A stretch of 64,000 nt of DNA from Antedon mediterranea. Taxonomy: Eukaryota; Animalia; Echinodermata. A program made the translations under genes and the position numbers. The DNA lies in the NCBI RefSeq assembly GCF_964355755.1, contig NC_092671.1, positions 27,292,070 through 27,356,069 of the forward strand. Direction: 5' to 3'. Shown here one piece after another: positions 14,450 through 26,985 of this stretch. A model generated the notes under the pieces. That model saw nothing but the letters and a program-made list of their open reading frames with translations. It did no database searches and was not told the origin of the DNA. Positions within the stretch are counted from its first letter, which is position 1, and each line of letters begins with the position of its first letter.

Positions 14450-15270
14450 CCGTATATTTCGGTGTATAAGTCGCACCTGTGTATAAGACGCACCCCCTAA
14501 CTGAGAGTAAAATATCGGTATTTTTTATAAGACGCACCTTATATTTCATCAAAACAATTTAAAAAAAAATTGTAATCAATATTATTGTAATAATATATTT
14601 TGTTATATCTACAACAGCGTCCTTTATTTAGGTTTTTTCTTACCTAGGCTCGCCAGCCTCAACAAGTTCTTTCTAACTTGTTATTCATGAATTTCGCACC
14701 CGCAACATCGAGTGCATGACCGTGTGTGTAACACGTACGTGTGTGGGCTAGCCTCGCTCGATCATTTCGAGAGGGCGCACGTTTTCACGGACAATCGTAT
14801 TCGATTAGTATCTATGTATCCGAGAAGCGTGTACGCTAGTCCATGCTGTAATAACCTGGAGAGTATACTAGTCGAATACCGTACACCATGTGGCCGCCAA
14901 GAAGGGCTTGCGCTGGGGGTACGGCGGTCGTGCGTATAACTATAAATAAATACTAGCCTAGGCTATTCCAATCGTAAACGTTTACAAATGAAATTTTATC
15001 GGAGCGCCTACAACAGCTCAATAATGAACAAATCTTTTCATCATATTTTAGTATAACATCATGCTAAAATGCCTTGAAAACTAGGCAGAAGCAGGTTGCC
15101 GTTACGTTAGTATACTGTAGCTAGGCCTAGCCTACTCAGTCCTAGCAAACGAGGTGACGATATGTACAATCTCTGTGGTGAGGCATTTATGTTCGGTGTA
15201 TAAGACGCACCCTTAATTTAGAGGTCAAATTTGCGTGTCAAAAGTGCGACTTATACACCGAAATATACGG
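14450..15270. mobile_element. Tc1/mariner-pogo-type MITE, TA TSD
   Basis: TA|CCGTATATTTCGGTGTATAAGTCGCAC ... GTGCGACTTATACACCGAAATATACGG|TA (27-bp perfect TIR) with internal GTATAAGACGCACC repeats. A related end lies at ~30937-31012. Confidence 0.9.
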
Positions 15271-15437
15271 TACTAACTCGTGTTTAAAACCAATAAATCG
15301 CGCACATAAACGTTGAATTATTACATTTTTATTGCAATGAACCACTGCCCTCTTTGAAATTCCGCAAGGAAATCGTGTTTTGATTTATTTGGGAAACACC
15401 ACCCTAAACTGTATATCCACGACTGTAGTATCAATCG

Positions 15438-15963
15438 GATTCAGGGACCGGGACTATTCGGCCCACTTTTAGTGGGTTGGGCCGAAACATCCCACTTTGT
15501 GGGCCGAAACGTCTCACTTTAGACCAAATTCATATTAATTTGTTTTGTTTTGGTATTTATCAAGTTTTTAAAGGTGTTTAACAATCCGTATTTTATTGAT
15601 ATTGACAATGTTGACATAATATATATAATAAATTACTAAGAAAACGTCATTTTATATTCAATTTATTACTTCGAAAACCTTGTTTATTTCGTGCATTCGC
15701 CAAGCGGCCAACAGAGGGCGTAACTTGTTTACATCGTTCGCGTGACTAAAAAATGATCATTTTCGACAATGTTTTCAAATACGTTTGCTTTATTGCATCT
15801 TTATTCCTAGCAGTACTACCCTATCGTCTCTCTGAAATTAACGTTTGGTTTATGCTTATAAAATGCACATCAAAGCCGATAAATTTAAGTGTGCCGAATC
15901 GTCTCAGGGCCAAATAGAATAGTCCCGGGCCGAACTGTCTCAGGGCCGAATCGTCCCGTTACC
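15438..15963. mobile_element. MULE-like MITE with 9-bp TSD
   Basis: TATCAATCG at 15429-15437 and 15964-15972; imperfect TIR CGGGAC(T/G)ATTCGGCCC; subterminal GGGCCGAA repeats. Confidence 0.75.
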
Positions 15964-16732
15964 TATCAATCGCTGCCCAGTGTCCATTTCTCAAAATAAC
16001 TAGGCCTAGGGTTTCATGGTTTCACGAAACCTAAGATTCCGAAAGCTAAGACCCCCTAAGACCTAATATCACGAAACCTAAGACCCAAGATTACCAATAA
16101 TTCTCTTTCGCACCTGCCTTGTATTTTAACTCTAAATTTCGTGTGCTAATCGAGTCAAATGCAGTTTTAATGATGCACTCTTGACGTTCCACCCTATCTG
16201 TTCGTTTGTTCGTGTCGACACATTCAGTATCAAATGGCGATATTTCTGTATTTTTTCAATCAATTGCTTGCTTGCGAGTATTATATAAGGTATGGTTTAA
16301 AGATCTTTGGCTATGTTCGGCTTCGGGATATTATACCACACTTAGGCCTAGGCTAGGCTATGGGGGTCGTCGGTTTCGTGTTATGGGTTGTCCAATTCTA
16401 TAGGTCGTCCAATTCTATAGGTCGTCCAATAGAGAGAAATGGCAAACCGACGTCTAAAATCCGAGTGGTTATAAAATCATAACAAACCGTTGAGGGCGGC
16501 ACATTTCCTATGTTTATACACGTGAATCATGGCGTCGTCTAACACATTGACACATTGTTGCAACCAAATGCAATACAGTAGTGTGGCATTATAACTGAAA
16601 ATAAACCAATAAAACAATGAAATATGTATAAAAGTCATCCATCATTCACAATCATATTTCTAAAAATATCTCATATCTGTAGGTCTACATTAGACTAGGC
16701 CTATAGTATTATAGTAGAATGGTGTTATCTGG

Positions 16733-17230
16733 GACAATGCTAATTTTGTTGAAATATTACAATTTTGTCTACACATAATTAATTTTGTCAATACAAAATT
16801 CATTTTGTCAACACAAAATTCATTTTGGTATTGACAAAATTCATTTTGTGTTGACAAAATTTATTCTGTGTGGACAAAATTAATTTTTTTTTCACAAAAT
16901 TCATTTTGTCTTGACAAAATTCATTTTGTCTCGACAAAATTCATTCTGTGTAGACAAAATTAATTCTGTGTAGACAAAATTCATTCTGTAACGACAAAAT
17001 TCATTTTGTGGCGACAAAATTCATTCTGTAACGACAAAATTCATTTTGTGTAGACAAAATTAATTCTGTGTGGACAAAATTAATTCTGTGTAGACAAAAT
17101 TAATTCTGTGTGGACCAAATTCATTTTGTGGCGACAAAATGTATTCTGTGTAGACAAAATTTATTCTGTGTAGACAAAATTCATTTTGTTGCAACAAAAT
17201 TTATTTTGTCGCGACAAAATTCATTTTGTT
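16733..17230. repeat. Minisatellite, 20-bp self-complementary unit (ACAAAATTCATTTTGTnnnG), ~24 copies
   Basis: Period 20; each unit contains ACAAAAT..ATT(T/C)TGT inverted halves and a variable spacer. Confidence 0.9.
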
Positions 17231-17260
17231 AGCCGAGCCTACTCAAGCGTGGGACAAAAC

Positions 17261-19553
17261 GTTTTAACATTTAAATTAGAAGGCGGGGTTGTTATTGGAA
17301 ACTCGAAGATTGACAGTTATAGGCCTACGATCAAACAGCTCGCGAATATCATTTTACGACCTCCTCTACACCGGTGAACTTGAATACTTTGCGTCGAGTA
17401 TAAGTACAGTTTATACCGACGTATGACAATATTATTGTATACTTAAAATTAATTCCGATTCAGCAAAACGGAACACGTAGCCCTCCCGGGTAGCCCTATA
17501 TGCCTACCAATTTTGGTAATAAATATTAAAGATAGTTGAAGATGGTTGAAGATTTATATCGATACCGATAATATTGATAAAGAAAATGACAACACTATTT
17601 ACGATAACATCTGATAAGTTGAGTAGTAATGAAATGATTTTAGATAATACATTTATTTTAATATAATAGTTAGTATAGGCCTATTTATTCTTATGGGAAT
17701 TGCGTCGTCTATATAGGCCTACCAAGTTTATTTGATAGGAATACTAAATTGCTAATAGGCCTAACTCAAGGAAACAAAACTATGATATATCTCTTAAGAC
17801 ATATGCTAATTGTCTCTAATTGGAATAATAGAGATATCTTTATTGAAAAGATATCTTGGTTATAACAGGGATATATCTCTATTGGAACCTAAGATCTATA
17901 TTGTAAACTAACTACATCTATTAAAAACTAAGATATTTTAGTTGCCTAAATAAATGACAGTTTGGTACGCCATAGATTATGATATTGCAAATTGTCGTTA
18001 AAAAGTTAAATTTAATTTCAAATTTACGTTTAACTATTAATTTTACTCTCGGTTGCATATTATTATATATTTACACCCTCGAAAGATATAATTCAACTTT
18101 GACCAAATAGTTATATGGGTGTTCACACAACTGACATATGGCGCCACTCAAGTATCCATTCCCATGGCAGTGTATATAATCTTTCCACCTTCTCCATGAT
18201 TGATTTTATTTATTATACATTGCTAATTGCAAATAATTGTTTATAGGTTTACATTGTTCTTTGTACTTTTAATATTCAGTCTTTGCCTGGCTTGATAAGA
18301 TTGATGTTAAATAAAAATGCATTTTCCACTAATAAAATATGGAGTTGTATCGAGAAAGTATTGTAATTTCGGGCAGAATGGTTTTCGGTCTGGAAAGGTC
18401 ATTATTACACTGTCTGGGGTGTTGATATTTATACATCGAATGTTCAAATCAAATCGAATAGCCCCATTATTGAAGCTTTACCTGAAGAGGTCCTAGACAA
18501 CTTGCGTAATCTTGGAGAAGCCCAGACCCTCAGTCAAACCAGAATGGCTTCGGTCTGGAAAGGTCATTATTACACTGTCTGGGGTGTTGATATTTATATA
18601 TCGAATGTTTTATGGGCAATCAGTCCTGAACCTAGCCAACGTAGGCTACCTGGCCTACTTACTACTGTAGGTTAAAGGTTATTAGGTTTCGCAGGGTGGA
18701 TGACTGTTATAATAAAACTAACGTGAGCAATCTTTTGTAGTCAGTTCTTTAAATGTTTTTTTTTTCAAATAACGGACAGCTTTCAGCATCATTATTTCTG
18801 CAATGATTATTATTATCTTAAAGATTATTGTCCCCTGAAAAAAATGTTTTTTTTAATCTTTTTGTTGAATATGTTATTTTAATGTCACATAATAGTTATT
18901 CACTTTCACAAAAAATTGGGTCTGAAAAAAAATTATTTACCTGAAAAAACTGTAATTTAAAGCAAAAAATGGTCAAATTGTCTGGAAGCCAATGAGTTTT
19001 TGGGTAATTTAACTGTTTATTTTGTCTTTTTATATGTGAAATAATTTTTCTCCCGTTTTTTTTTCTTATGGAAGTGAACAGCTTCATTAAAACTGCATAA
19101 TTGACTATTCAAAGTCCGATTTTAAAAATCTTTATTTTTCATGATTTTGGGAGACAATACATCTTTAATTTTAAAATAAAGTATATACATTTTATGAAAT
19201 TAATAAATAATATTAATAAGCCCCATTACTACAATTTTACTTAAGTAATAAGCAGGGCTCTATAAAAACCATTTTCCGATTTTTTAATATAGAATACATT
19301 ATAATAATAATTATTACTGACGATGTAGATATTAAATTGTCAAGTATGAATACTGATCATATCTGATATTTTCAGGGGTCCCTGATATTATAAAATAGAT
19401 TAATATGATAGCAATAGAGACGGAGGCATGCTCAGCCATAATAACTGAACCAATAACAAATGTCAAAGATTCGCGCGCTATCATCATTTATAGCTTCACC
19501 CTGTCTTGCCCTTTTCACGTTTAAACTCCGCCTTCTAATTTAAATGTTAAAAC
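17261..19553. mobile_element. ~2.3-kb segment bounded by 30-bp inverted repeats (putative TIR element)
   Basis: GTTTTAACATTTAAATTAGAAGGCGG(G/A)GTT at 17261-17290 and inverted at 19524-19553, 1 mismatch; contains an internal ~68-bp direct duplication (~18375 and ~18540). Confidence 0.55.
18822..19164. mobile_element. Kolobok-like MITE (TTAA TSD, AG..CT termini)
   Basis: TTAA|AGATTATTGTCCCC ... GGAGACAATACATCT|TTAA. Confidence 0.75.
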
Positions 19554-19609
19554 CGAGCCTACTCAAGCGTAGTTATCAAGTATTCATTACTGGCGGTAGC
19601 CCCCTGCAG

Positions 19610-21746
19610 GGGATGCTAGTCAAGTCGCCCCATCGCAAAGTCGCCCCATACAAAGTCGCCCCATACACAGTCGCCCCATCGCAAAGTCGCCCCAAAACAA
19701 AGTCGCCCTGACACAGTCGCCCCATTGCAAAGTCGCCCCATCGCAAAGTCGCCCCAACGCAAAGTCGCCCCATCGCAAAGTCGCCCCAACACAAAGTCGC
19801 CCCATCGCAAAGTCACCCCAAAACGTTAAAAAATAGTTTAAAAGTGCGTAAAATGTCGCAATGATACACAAAATAACACGGAACGTGTAGGCATAAAAGG
19901 GGAAGCCCCGCCATGTAGTCTCGGGTCACACGATCGGCACGCTCCCCAATCATCAGAGAGGAAGCCCCCAACTAATCACTCCGCGGTCGCACTAACGTCG
20001 TGCTAGCTCTCACCAGAGGGAAACCCCCGTAATTACTCCGCCGTTGTCGCACTACAACGCACCATCTGAAGATGGGGAAACCCCGTCGGAGTTTTACGAT
20101 GATATCAGTCGCGTTCGAAATTGGTGGCGTTTAATTTTGGTCGCGATAAAATGATGTTATACGATCTAGATTATTTTTACTTTGGTCGATGAATATTTAT
20201 TATTATTAGGCCTATATTAATAATTGATTTTTGTTTTTATTTTACACTGAGGTCTATGATGAGAGAAAGATGTGTGCCTTAAAAATGACAATTTGTAAAC
20301 ATAGTTTAAGATTATAGTAAGCCTATTATTCAGCATAATGTCATTTAACAGTACATAAATTTAAATGTGAAATACTTTATAGGGAACGTAGGCTACGTCT
20401 GTGTCTTTTATTTTTTATATGCAACAAATTAGGTAAAACAATTTATTTATAAACATTCAGTTTACTATTATATACATAGTATTACAATGAACATTGATTA
20501 TAAGCCTGGAAATGCAATCCCATCATTATATCCATTATAAAATTGCATCATATCGCCACTATGTCGTAAATGATGACGTGCATGTGTGTATTCGTCGTAC
20601 GTCCGTGTACGTATTATTCCGTGCCTCTTCACTGTCTTGTTTATTAAAATTAAATAAACACCCGATATGAGGATATTTATTAGGCATGATAATTAGAATG
20701 TTCTATAACCAAAAGGGTTGAAAAGAATTTCTTCAGTAAAATGATCATTCTGCTGTTGAATAAAAAGCGACTCGCAATCTGAAACATTCTCTGAAACCAA
20801 TAGGAGCTGCTCCTTCTGGTATCTGTTTCCTTCTCACAGCTGCTACGTCTTTCTGCTGCCTGTCGGGGATTCCCCTTTTTAAAAAACACGCACACGATAA
20901 TCATACTGTACGATGGTTTTTCCATGGCCAAAATGTAGCGTTTTAATTTTACTAAAATACCTGCATGTGTAAAACGATCATATCGGCGAAGAAATCCCCT
21001 TTTTTTTATTTCTTCATTTTGAAAAGTCATAATTAAAATTAAATAACTATAGACACATAACTTGTCAATAAATGCAAAATGATCAATAAGTAGCCTATAT
21101 AACATTTATTGTCTTACAACGCTGTTATTGTTTTAACTACTGTAAATATACGAAGGCCTACTAATACTATTTATACACTTATTATATTATCCTAAAAAAT
21201 GAGCTGGTATCCACGCGTAGGTTGAAGAAAGATTCGTAATTGTGGCTCTGGTAACTAATTTTAAAATCATATTAAATTAACATTTTCGAAACTATAAATC
21301 AGGGATAATCTTTTCGAAATCTTTTTAGAACTTTCAAACAAGGGACTATTTTTTAATGATTTTTAAAAAGCACATCACTATTAAAACCTGTAAAATAAAA
21401 ATTAAAACACAAATTATGTATATAATAGGATAAACATTATAATGTATACGACATTTAGCGCGACCAAAGTAACAACGCAATCGATATCAAACGCAACCGC
21501 TATATGATTAAAACAGCGTACTACTAGCGGTGGCACTTCCGAAATAAAACCGTGGGCGACTTTGCAATGGGGCGACTTTGCGTTGGGGCGACTTTACGTT
21601 GGGGCGACTTTGCGATGGGGCGACTTTGTAATGGGGCGACTGTGCCGGGGCGACTTTGTTTTGGGGCGACTTTGCGATGGGGCGACTTTGCGATGGGGCG
21701 ACTTTGTATTGGGCGACTTTGCGATGGGGCGACTTGACTGGATCCC
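19610..21746. mobile_element. Foldback/MULE-like element with long array-type TIRs
   Basis: ~200-bp arrays of a ~16-bp unit (AAAGTCGCCCCATCGC) at 19617-19822 and inverted at 21553-21739; termini GGGAT..AGTCAAGTCGCCCC at both ends; no TSD visible. Confidence 0.8.
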
Positions 21747-22509
21747 ATTAAGTAGCATCACTAGCCACATAACAGAATGGCAGTTGTCAAGCTGAAACTA
21801 ATGCTAGGCCTAGCTAGGAGAAGCCTAGCAGCACCCTAGCTAAAGTAGTAGTAGTAGTACAGTATACTATGCAATAACGAATTTCCAATATTATTATTAT
21901 AATAACCGATAATCCGTACTAGGCTCGAGTACTCGAAGTACTACAGCATACAGGCCAACTATCTAGGCCCGGCCTAGTCCTAGCTAGAGCTGGGTACAGT
22001 ATATAACAAAAACGCGTCTTAATTCAATCCAAATTAAAATAAAATATGTTAAGATTTGCCCATATAACATTAAAATTGTTAAGGGTGTTGCAAAAAAAAA
22101 AGATACTGCTATTATGTGTGTTTTAAACGTTCTTTTCTACCTACCTTTTTAACTCAACCCATCGGAATTTCCCATACAAAAACATGTGGCGAAATGGTTT
22201 GTTTACAATCTATACCAAAGAATGATATAATATCAGCGTTGCCAGCGATAAAATTTAAATTATGCCGTATCCTGTCTCAAATAATGCCAGATTGGGAAAA
22301 ATAATGCCAGATCCCCAAAATGTGGCCCTAAACAGCGCCACCAACGGTTGTATGTCTAATAAACGTTTGTAAACCCCAACTGACACAAAATAGGGCCTAA
22401 AATTGTATCCCCATGTCATACAAAATTTATATTTTTAGTTTTGTGAGTAATAACTAATACTTCTAAATATCTGGGGTGTGAAAATGGTAATTGCAAATGA
22501 CACCAACAC

Positions 22510-23480
22510 CAACCAAAATTTGGAAAAATACAGCTACTCGATGGCCGGAAATGGCACTTAATTTAAAATATGAAATAAAAATATGTTTATTAGTGTCTCC
22601 ATGATCTTAGCCCACCATAGTTCGAAAATGGCAATTATAATTTAAAATAGGAAATCAAAATATATATTAATTGTGTCTCCAGGACCTCAGCCCCAACCAT
22701 GATGGGGCTGAGGTAAGAAAATTTGAAAAATATAGAGCTGCTCAATGGCCGGAAATGGCACTTAATTTCAAATATAAAATAAAAATATATTTATTAGTAC
22801 CTCCAGGATCTTAGCCCATGATAGTTTTGAAAGTGCCAATTATAATTTAAAATAGGAAATAAAAATATATATTAAGTGTTTCCAGGACCTCAGCCCCACC
22901 ATGGTTGGGGCTGAGGTAAAACAAATTGGAAAAATAGAGCTGCTAGATGGCCGGAAATGGCACTTAATTTAAAATATGAAATGAAAATATATTTATTAGT
23001 GTCTCCATGATCTTAGCCCACCATAGTTCGAAAATGGCAATTATAATTTAAAATAGGAAATCAAAATATATATTAATTGTGTCTCCAGGACCTCAGCCCC
23101 AACCATGATGGGGCTGAGGTAAGAAAATTTGAAAAATATAGAGCTGCTCAATGGCCGGAAATGGCACTTAATTTCAAATATAAAATAAAAATATATTTAT
23201 TAGTACCTCCAGGATCTTAGCCCATGATAGTTTTGAAAGTGCCAATTATAATTTATAATAGGAAATAAAAATATATATTAAGTGTTTCCAGGACCTCAGC
23301 CCCACCATGGTTGGGGCTGAGGTAAAACAAATTGGAAAAATAGAGCTGCTAGATGGCCGGAAATTGCACTTAATTTTAAATAACAATGTATAAGAGTCCC
23401 TAGGACCTCGCCCCATCATGGTCACTGAGAGGTGAAGAAAATTTGGAAATATAGGGTTGCTACGACGATGCAAATGGAAC
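22510..23480 (+). repeat. Satellite-like tandem repeat, ~203-bp monomers in 406-bp dimers
   Basis: ATGGCCGGAAAT at 22541, 22745, 22947, 23151 and 23353 (spacings 204/202/204/202). Confidence 0.9.
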
Positions 23481-23650
23481 ATAATTTGAAATATGGAAAA
23501 CAAATTCTCTAGAAGAAATTCTTTTTAAAATTAGAGCTTCTAGTTACCGGAAATTGCCATTTTAAGGGTTGGGGTAGGGGTATGGCCGCTTATAATTATG
23601 AACTGAAAAAACAAAACCCCTTTCATAATGTTTTCGTTCAATTGTCTCTA

Positions 23651-24819
23651 CTAGATTTCGCTCGCGTACCATCTAGTTCGTGCCCACAGATGGTTCTCGA
23701 ATACATAGTCATTTCAGCGTAAAAAAACTGTCGGTTTCAAATGTACGTACGGCAGGACTATAAAACATTGTCGTTTACAGAAACAAATAAATAGACACAA
23801 TGATTTATGTAGTCAACCAAAATTAGCACCTAGAAACTTGTCACAAAATGAGTCGAAATTTGTTATTTGGACTCATTTTAACAAACCCAATTTTTTTTAT
23901 TCTTTATATTTCTTTATTATCCAATCATTAACGAAATATTTTTTTATAGGCCTATAAATAATATACCACTAAATAGAGTAAAACATTTCCGATTTAATAC
24001 TTTATTAAAACTGTCACTGTCTCATGGTCGATTGAAATAGTAAAGTACATTTAAAGACCACTAATACGTTTATATTTTTGTAATTATTAATTAATACAAA
24101 CGTTGAGAAACAATTGACAGTAATAAAGTATTATATAATTATGTGTTTATAATCTGAAAGTAGGGGCTACCAACACTCACAGTGATATAGTTTATTAGTA
24201 TATTTGTTTATATTATATCTAACAGTACCAACACACTTTTGATTCAAATGGCGATCAAAAGTGGTTAATACCTATTTGCAGTATTGTATAGCATTACAAT
24301 ACTATTTCTGTTTATTCTTCAAGGGTCTATAAATTTACCTACTTGTGTTAAACCATGGAGGTATGCAATAATTTGGAATGTTCCATTCATTGAAAATCAA
24401 TACATTTCTATAAACGTATATTAAATCTATCAAAATAGTATTTTTTAAAGAAAATCGGCCTGTCTTCAACATTATGATGCTGTACTCTAGCTGTTCAACC
24501 GGTTTTCAGCTATTAAAAACAATTATCATAGGAGGAGATAGGAAAATGCGAAGCCTCCTCGCATTTTTGTGGCGGGTATTTTTCAAGATGGACATCCATT
24601 AGACAGTGTATACCACGATCGGAAAACACCCTATTTGGGGCAAATCGTTGAACCTAAATTCGTTTTAATCGTCAATAACTACTTATCTAACTTAATTTAA
24701 TTAGTAAACAGGGTTACATCAGGTGGTTAAAATCAGTACCGAAAGTACGAACCAACTTTATATACCATCGAGTAAAAATTCTAGAAGTAAGGCGCAGTTT
24801 GCCGAATTTTGCCCTTACG
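23651..24819 (-). mobile_element. Non-autonomous Helitron copy lacking its extreme 5' end
   Basis: Collinear with 54673-57667 once the hAT insert there is removed; CTAG end at 23651; stops just short of the TC end. Confidence 0.8.
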
Positions 24820-25570
24820 CTGGGGATCCAATAACCTGCATGGTCTCTGAAATAGAGCAACATAATTGGCCAATAGCTAGCCTCTTCGGATTTGTTGTGC
24901 TGCCTATATCGCAGACACGGTAGTTTTTGAGCAGCCTTCCTATCCGAAGAGTCGATTAAGTCCGAAACGAAAGGATGGAAGAACTATTGTACGGAAAACC
25001 CGAACAGATCTGTTTTGTATGATATGATATTGTGTAAGGTGATATGTATTAACAAAATATTTTATTTTTGTTCTGTGGTATATTATTTTTTTGGTTGTTC
25101 AAAAAACACAAAATTATGCCAGATTATGCTAAAAACGGCTAAATAATGCCGCGGCATTATGCCAGATGCCGTGGGCCTCCAAATAATGCCAAAAAGCATA
25201 ATAATGCCAGAAATGGCAACTATGTATAATATTCTTTGTCTATACCCACCACCACTCGGTGAAATTTGAGTGACGTCATCACGGTTCGCCATTTCTCTCT
25301 ATTGGAGGTTGCCCGGGTCGTTGGGGTCGTCCAATTTGGAGTGGGGGTAGTACAGACAGGCTCTATCTCACAGATGCTTCTTTGTTTGGCCATTTTAAAT
25401 TTTACACCTGTTTTTTCATAGTTTATTTTATTTATCTTTTATAATAATCATTTTCTAGTAGTAGTTTATTAGGCCTATTGACAGTAATTTTTTTATATAA
25501 TTTAGAATAAATTTATTCCTTTAGGGGAGATCGCATCACCCTATTAAATTAGGATTATTGGAATGAATTA

Positions 25571-25805
25571 CGTGGGAAAAATTATTTCGCGCCAAATTAA
25601 GGTTTTGTTGACGCCCTCACTCTGGGAATCACGACTCGACACACATGTTACATCGACGATCGACTAACTCTCCACACACCACACGGCGCGAAACTAGAAA
25701 CATAAAAAAATACTGTATTCGCTTGGTTGGCACCAAAACAAAGCAGGTGTCCATGCTTTTTGTTTTGCTACAATAATCAGAATGTAATGTTTCATCTAAG
25801 AACAG
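25571..25805 (+). promoter_or_regulatory. Candidate USP37 promoter/first non-coding exon with E2F sites
   Basis: TTTCGCGCCAAA (25585-25596), GGCGCGAAA (25685-25693), locally CpG-rich sequence and a possible donor CAG|GTTGGT at 25805/25806. Assignment to USP37 is inference. Confidence 0.4.
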
Positions 25806-26197
25806 GTTGGTATATGAACACATAGAATATGTATCCACCGTTTTGTGTTTTCCTAGGCCTAACGTATCGTATCAAGCTTTATTTATTAATATTATTTGGA
25901 TGGATCCTATTATTTTTTAGCTGTCTGTGAGGGAAGTTCCGTCGACTCGCACTAGGCCTCCTAGGCCTAGCTAGGCTAGCCGAGCGGGAGCTAGGGTCTG
26001 TACTTCTTGCAAGCCAGGCCTACAGTACCACCCACAGAAGCGGCGCTACTGCAGTTTCGCACCACACTGTTATATATTCGATTTCTCGCCTAATTTTTTT
26101 CTCACACCCACATCATATACAATTTTGGGCCATTATGTAACATGTACCCATGAATGATTTAGCCACCATTATATATTACCTTTATGGCGCTAGCCTA

Positions 26198-26985
26198 GTT
26201 CCGTTTCGCACCTGTCGTTTATTTCGACTCAAAATTGGTTAAGTAACTTTATCATGAGTACCACACCTTAGAATTAGGCCTCAAAAATACTTTTACGAAG
26301 GAGATCACACAAAAAGTAAAAAATAAATCCTTTAAATTGATGAATTTACAGACGTGTTTCTCGCACATCGGTTTGTGAATTTCGCATACTCCATGTTCAA
26401 TGTTGTTGTTTCTACTATGGAGTGCCAAAAGAGCAATCATAAAAGAGGGCTAAAAACTCAGTAAATTGCGTATATTTAATGCATTTATTGGTGAAAATTA
26501 CGTTCAATTTTATCATATTTTGTCAATGGCAATGCAACAAAAATATTACTGTTGATACTGTACATGGTTTTTGCAGGAACTTTTAGGAATGAAAATCGAC
26601 AAATTCATCATCATAATTACATGTACTGCTGTACTGTAGGGGTATACCTGATCTAAATAATATTCCTCTTAGTCTATAGTCTTACTCTTATTAGTTAGGC
26701 CTAGGGTTGGTTGCTATTTGACAGCAAATTATTAGCAGTAAAATGTTACAGCATTTTATTGACAAAATATATTAAAATTAAACGTGTATTTCAATAATAA
26801 ATGCATTAAAAGAAGACGCATTCAACTGAGTTTTTAACCATCTATTGTTGTTGCTCTTTTGGCGCTCCATAGAAACGAAAATATTGAACTTCGAGTATAT
26901 GCTAAATTCGCGAATGATATGCGAGAAACATGTCTGTAAAATCATCAATTTAATGATTTTTATGTGATTCTTCTTCATAAAAGTA
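26198..26985. repeat. Diverged third copy of the foldback sequence inside the 4646/9801 elements
   Basis: Shares GCCAAAAGAGCAA, AAAACTCAGT and GCTCTTTTGGCGCTCCATAGAAAC blocks; interrupted at its right end by the 26986 element. Confidence 0.7.

Noticed and set aside
20680-21105. 141-aa minus-strand ORF as a transposase
   Set aside because: No recognisable DDE or other domain motif; the N-terminal half looks intron-like and AT-rich.
19576-21795. ORFs with GATLRWGDFAMGRLC / QSRPIAKSP repeats
   Set aside because: They are translations of the ~16-bp TIR arrays and appear in several frames on both strands.
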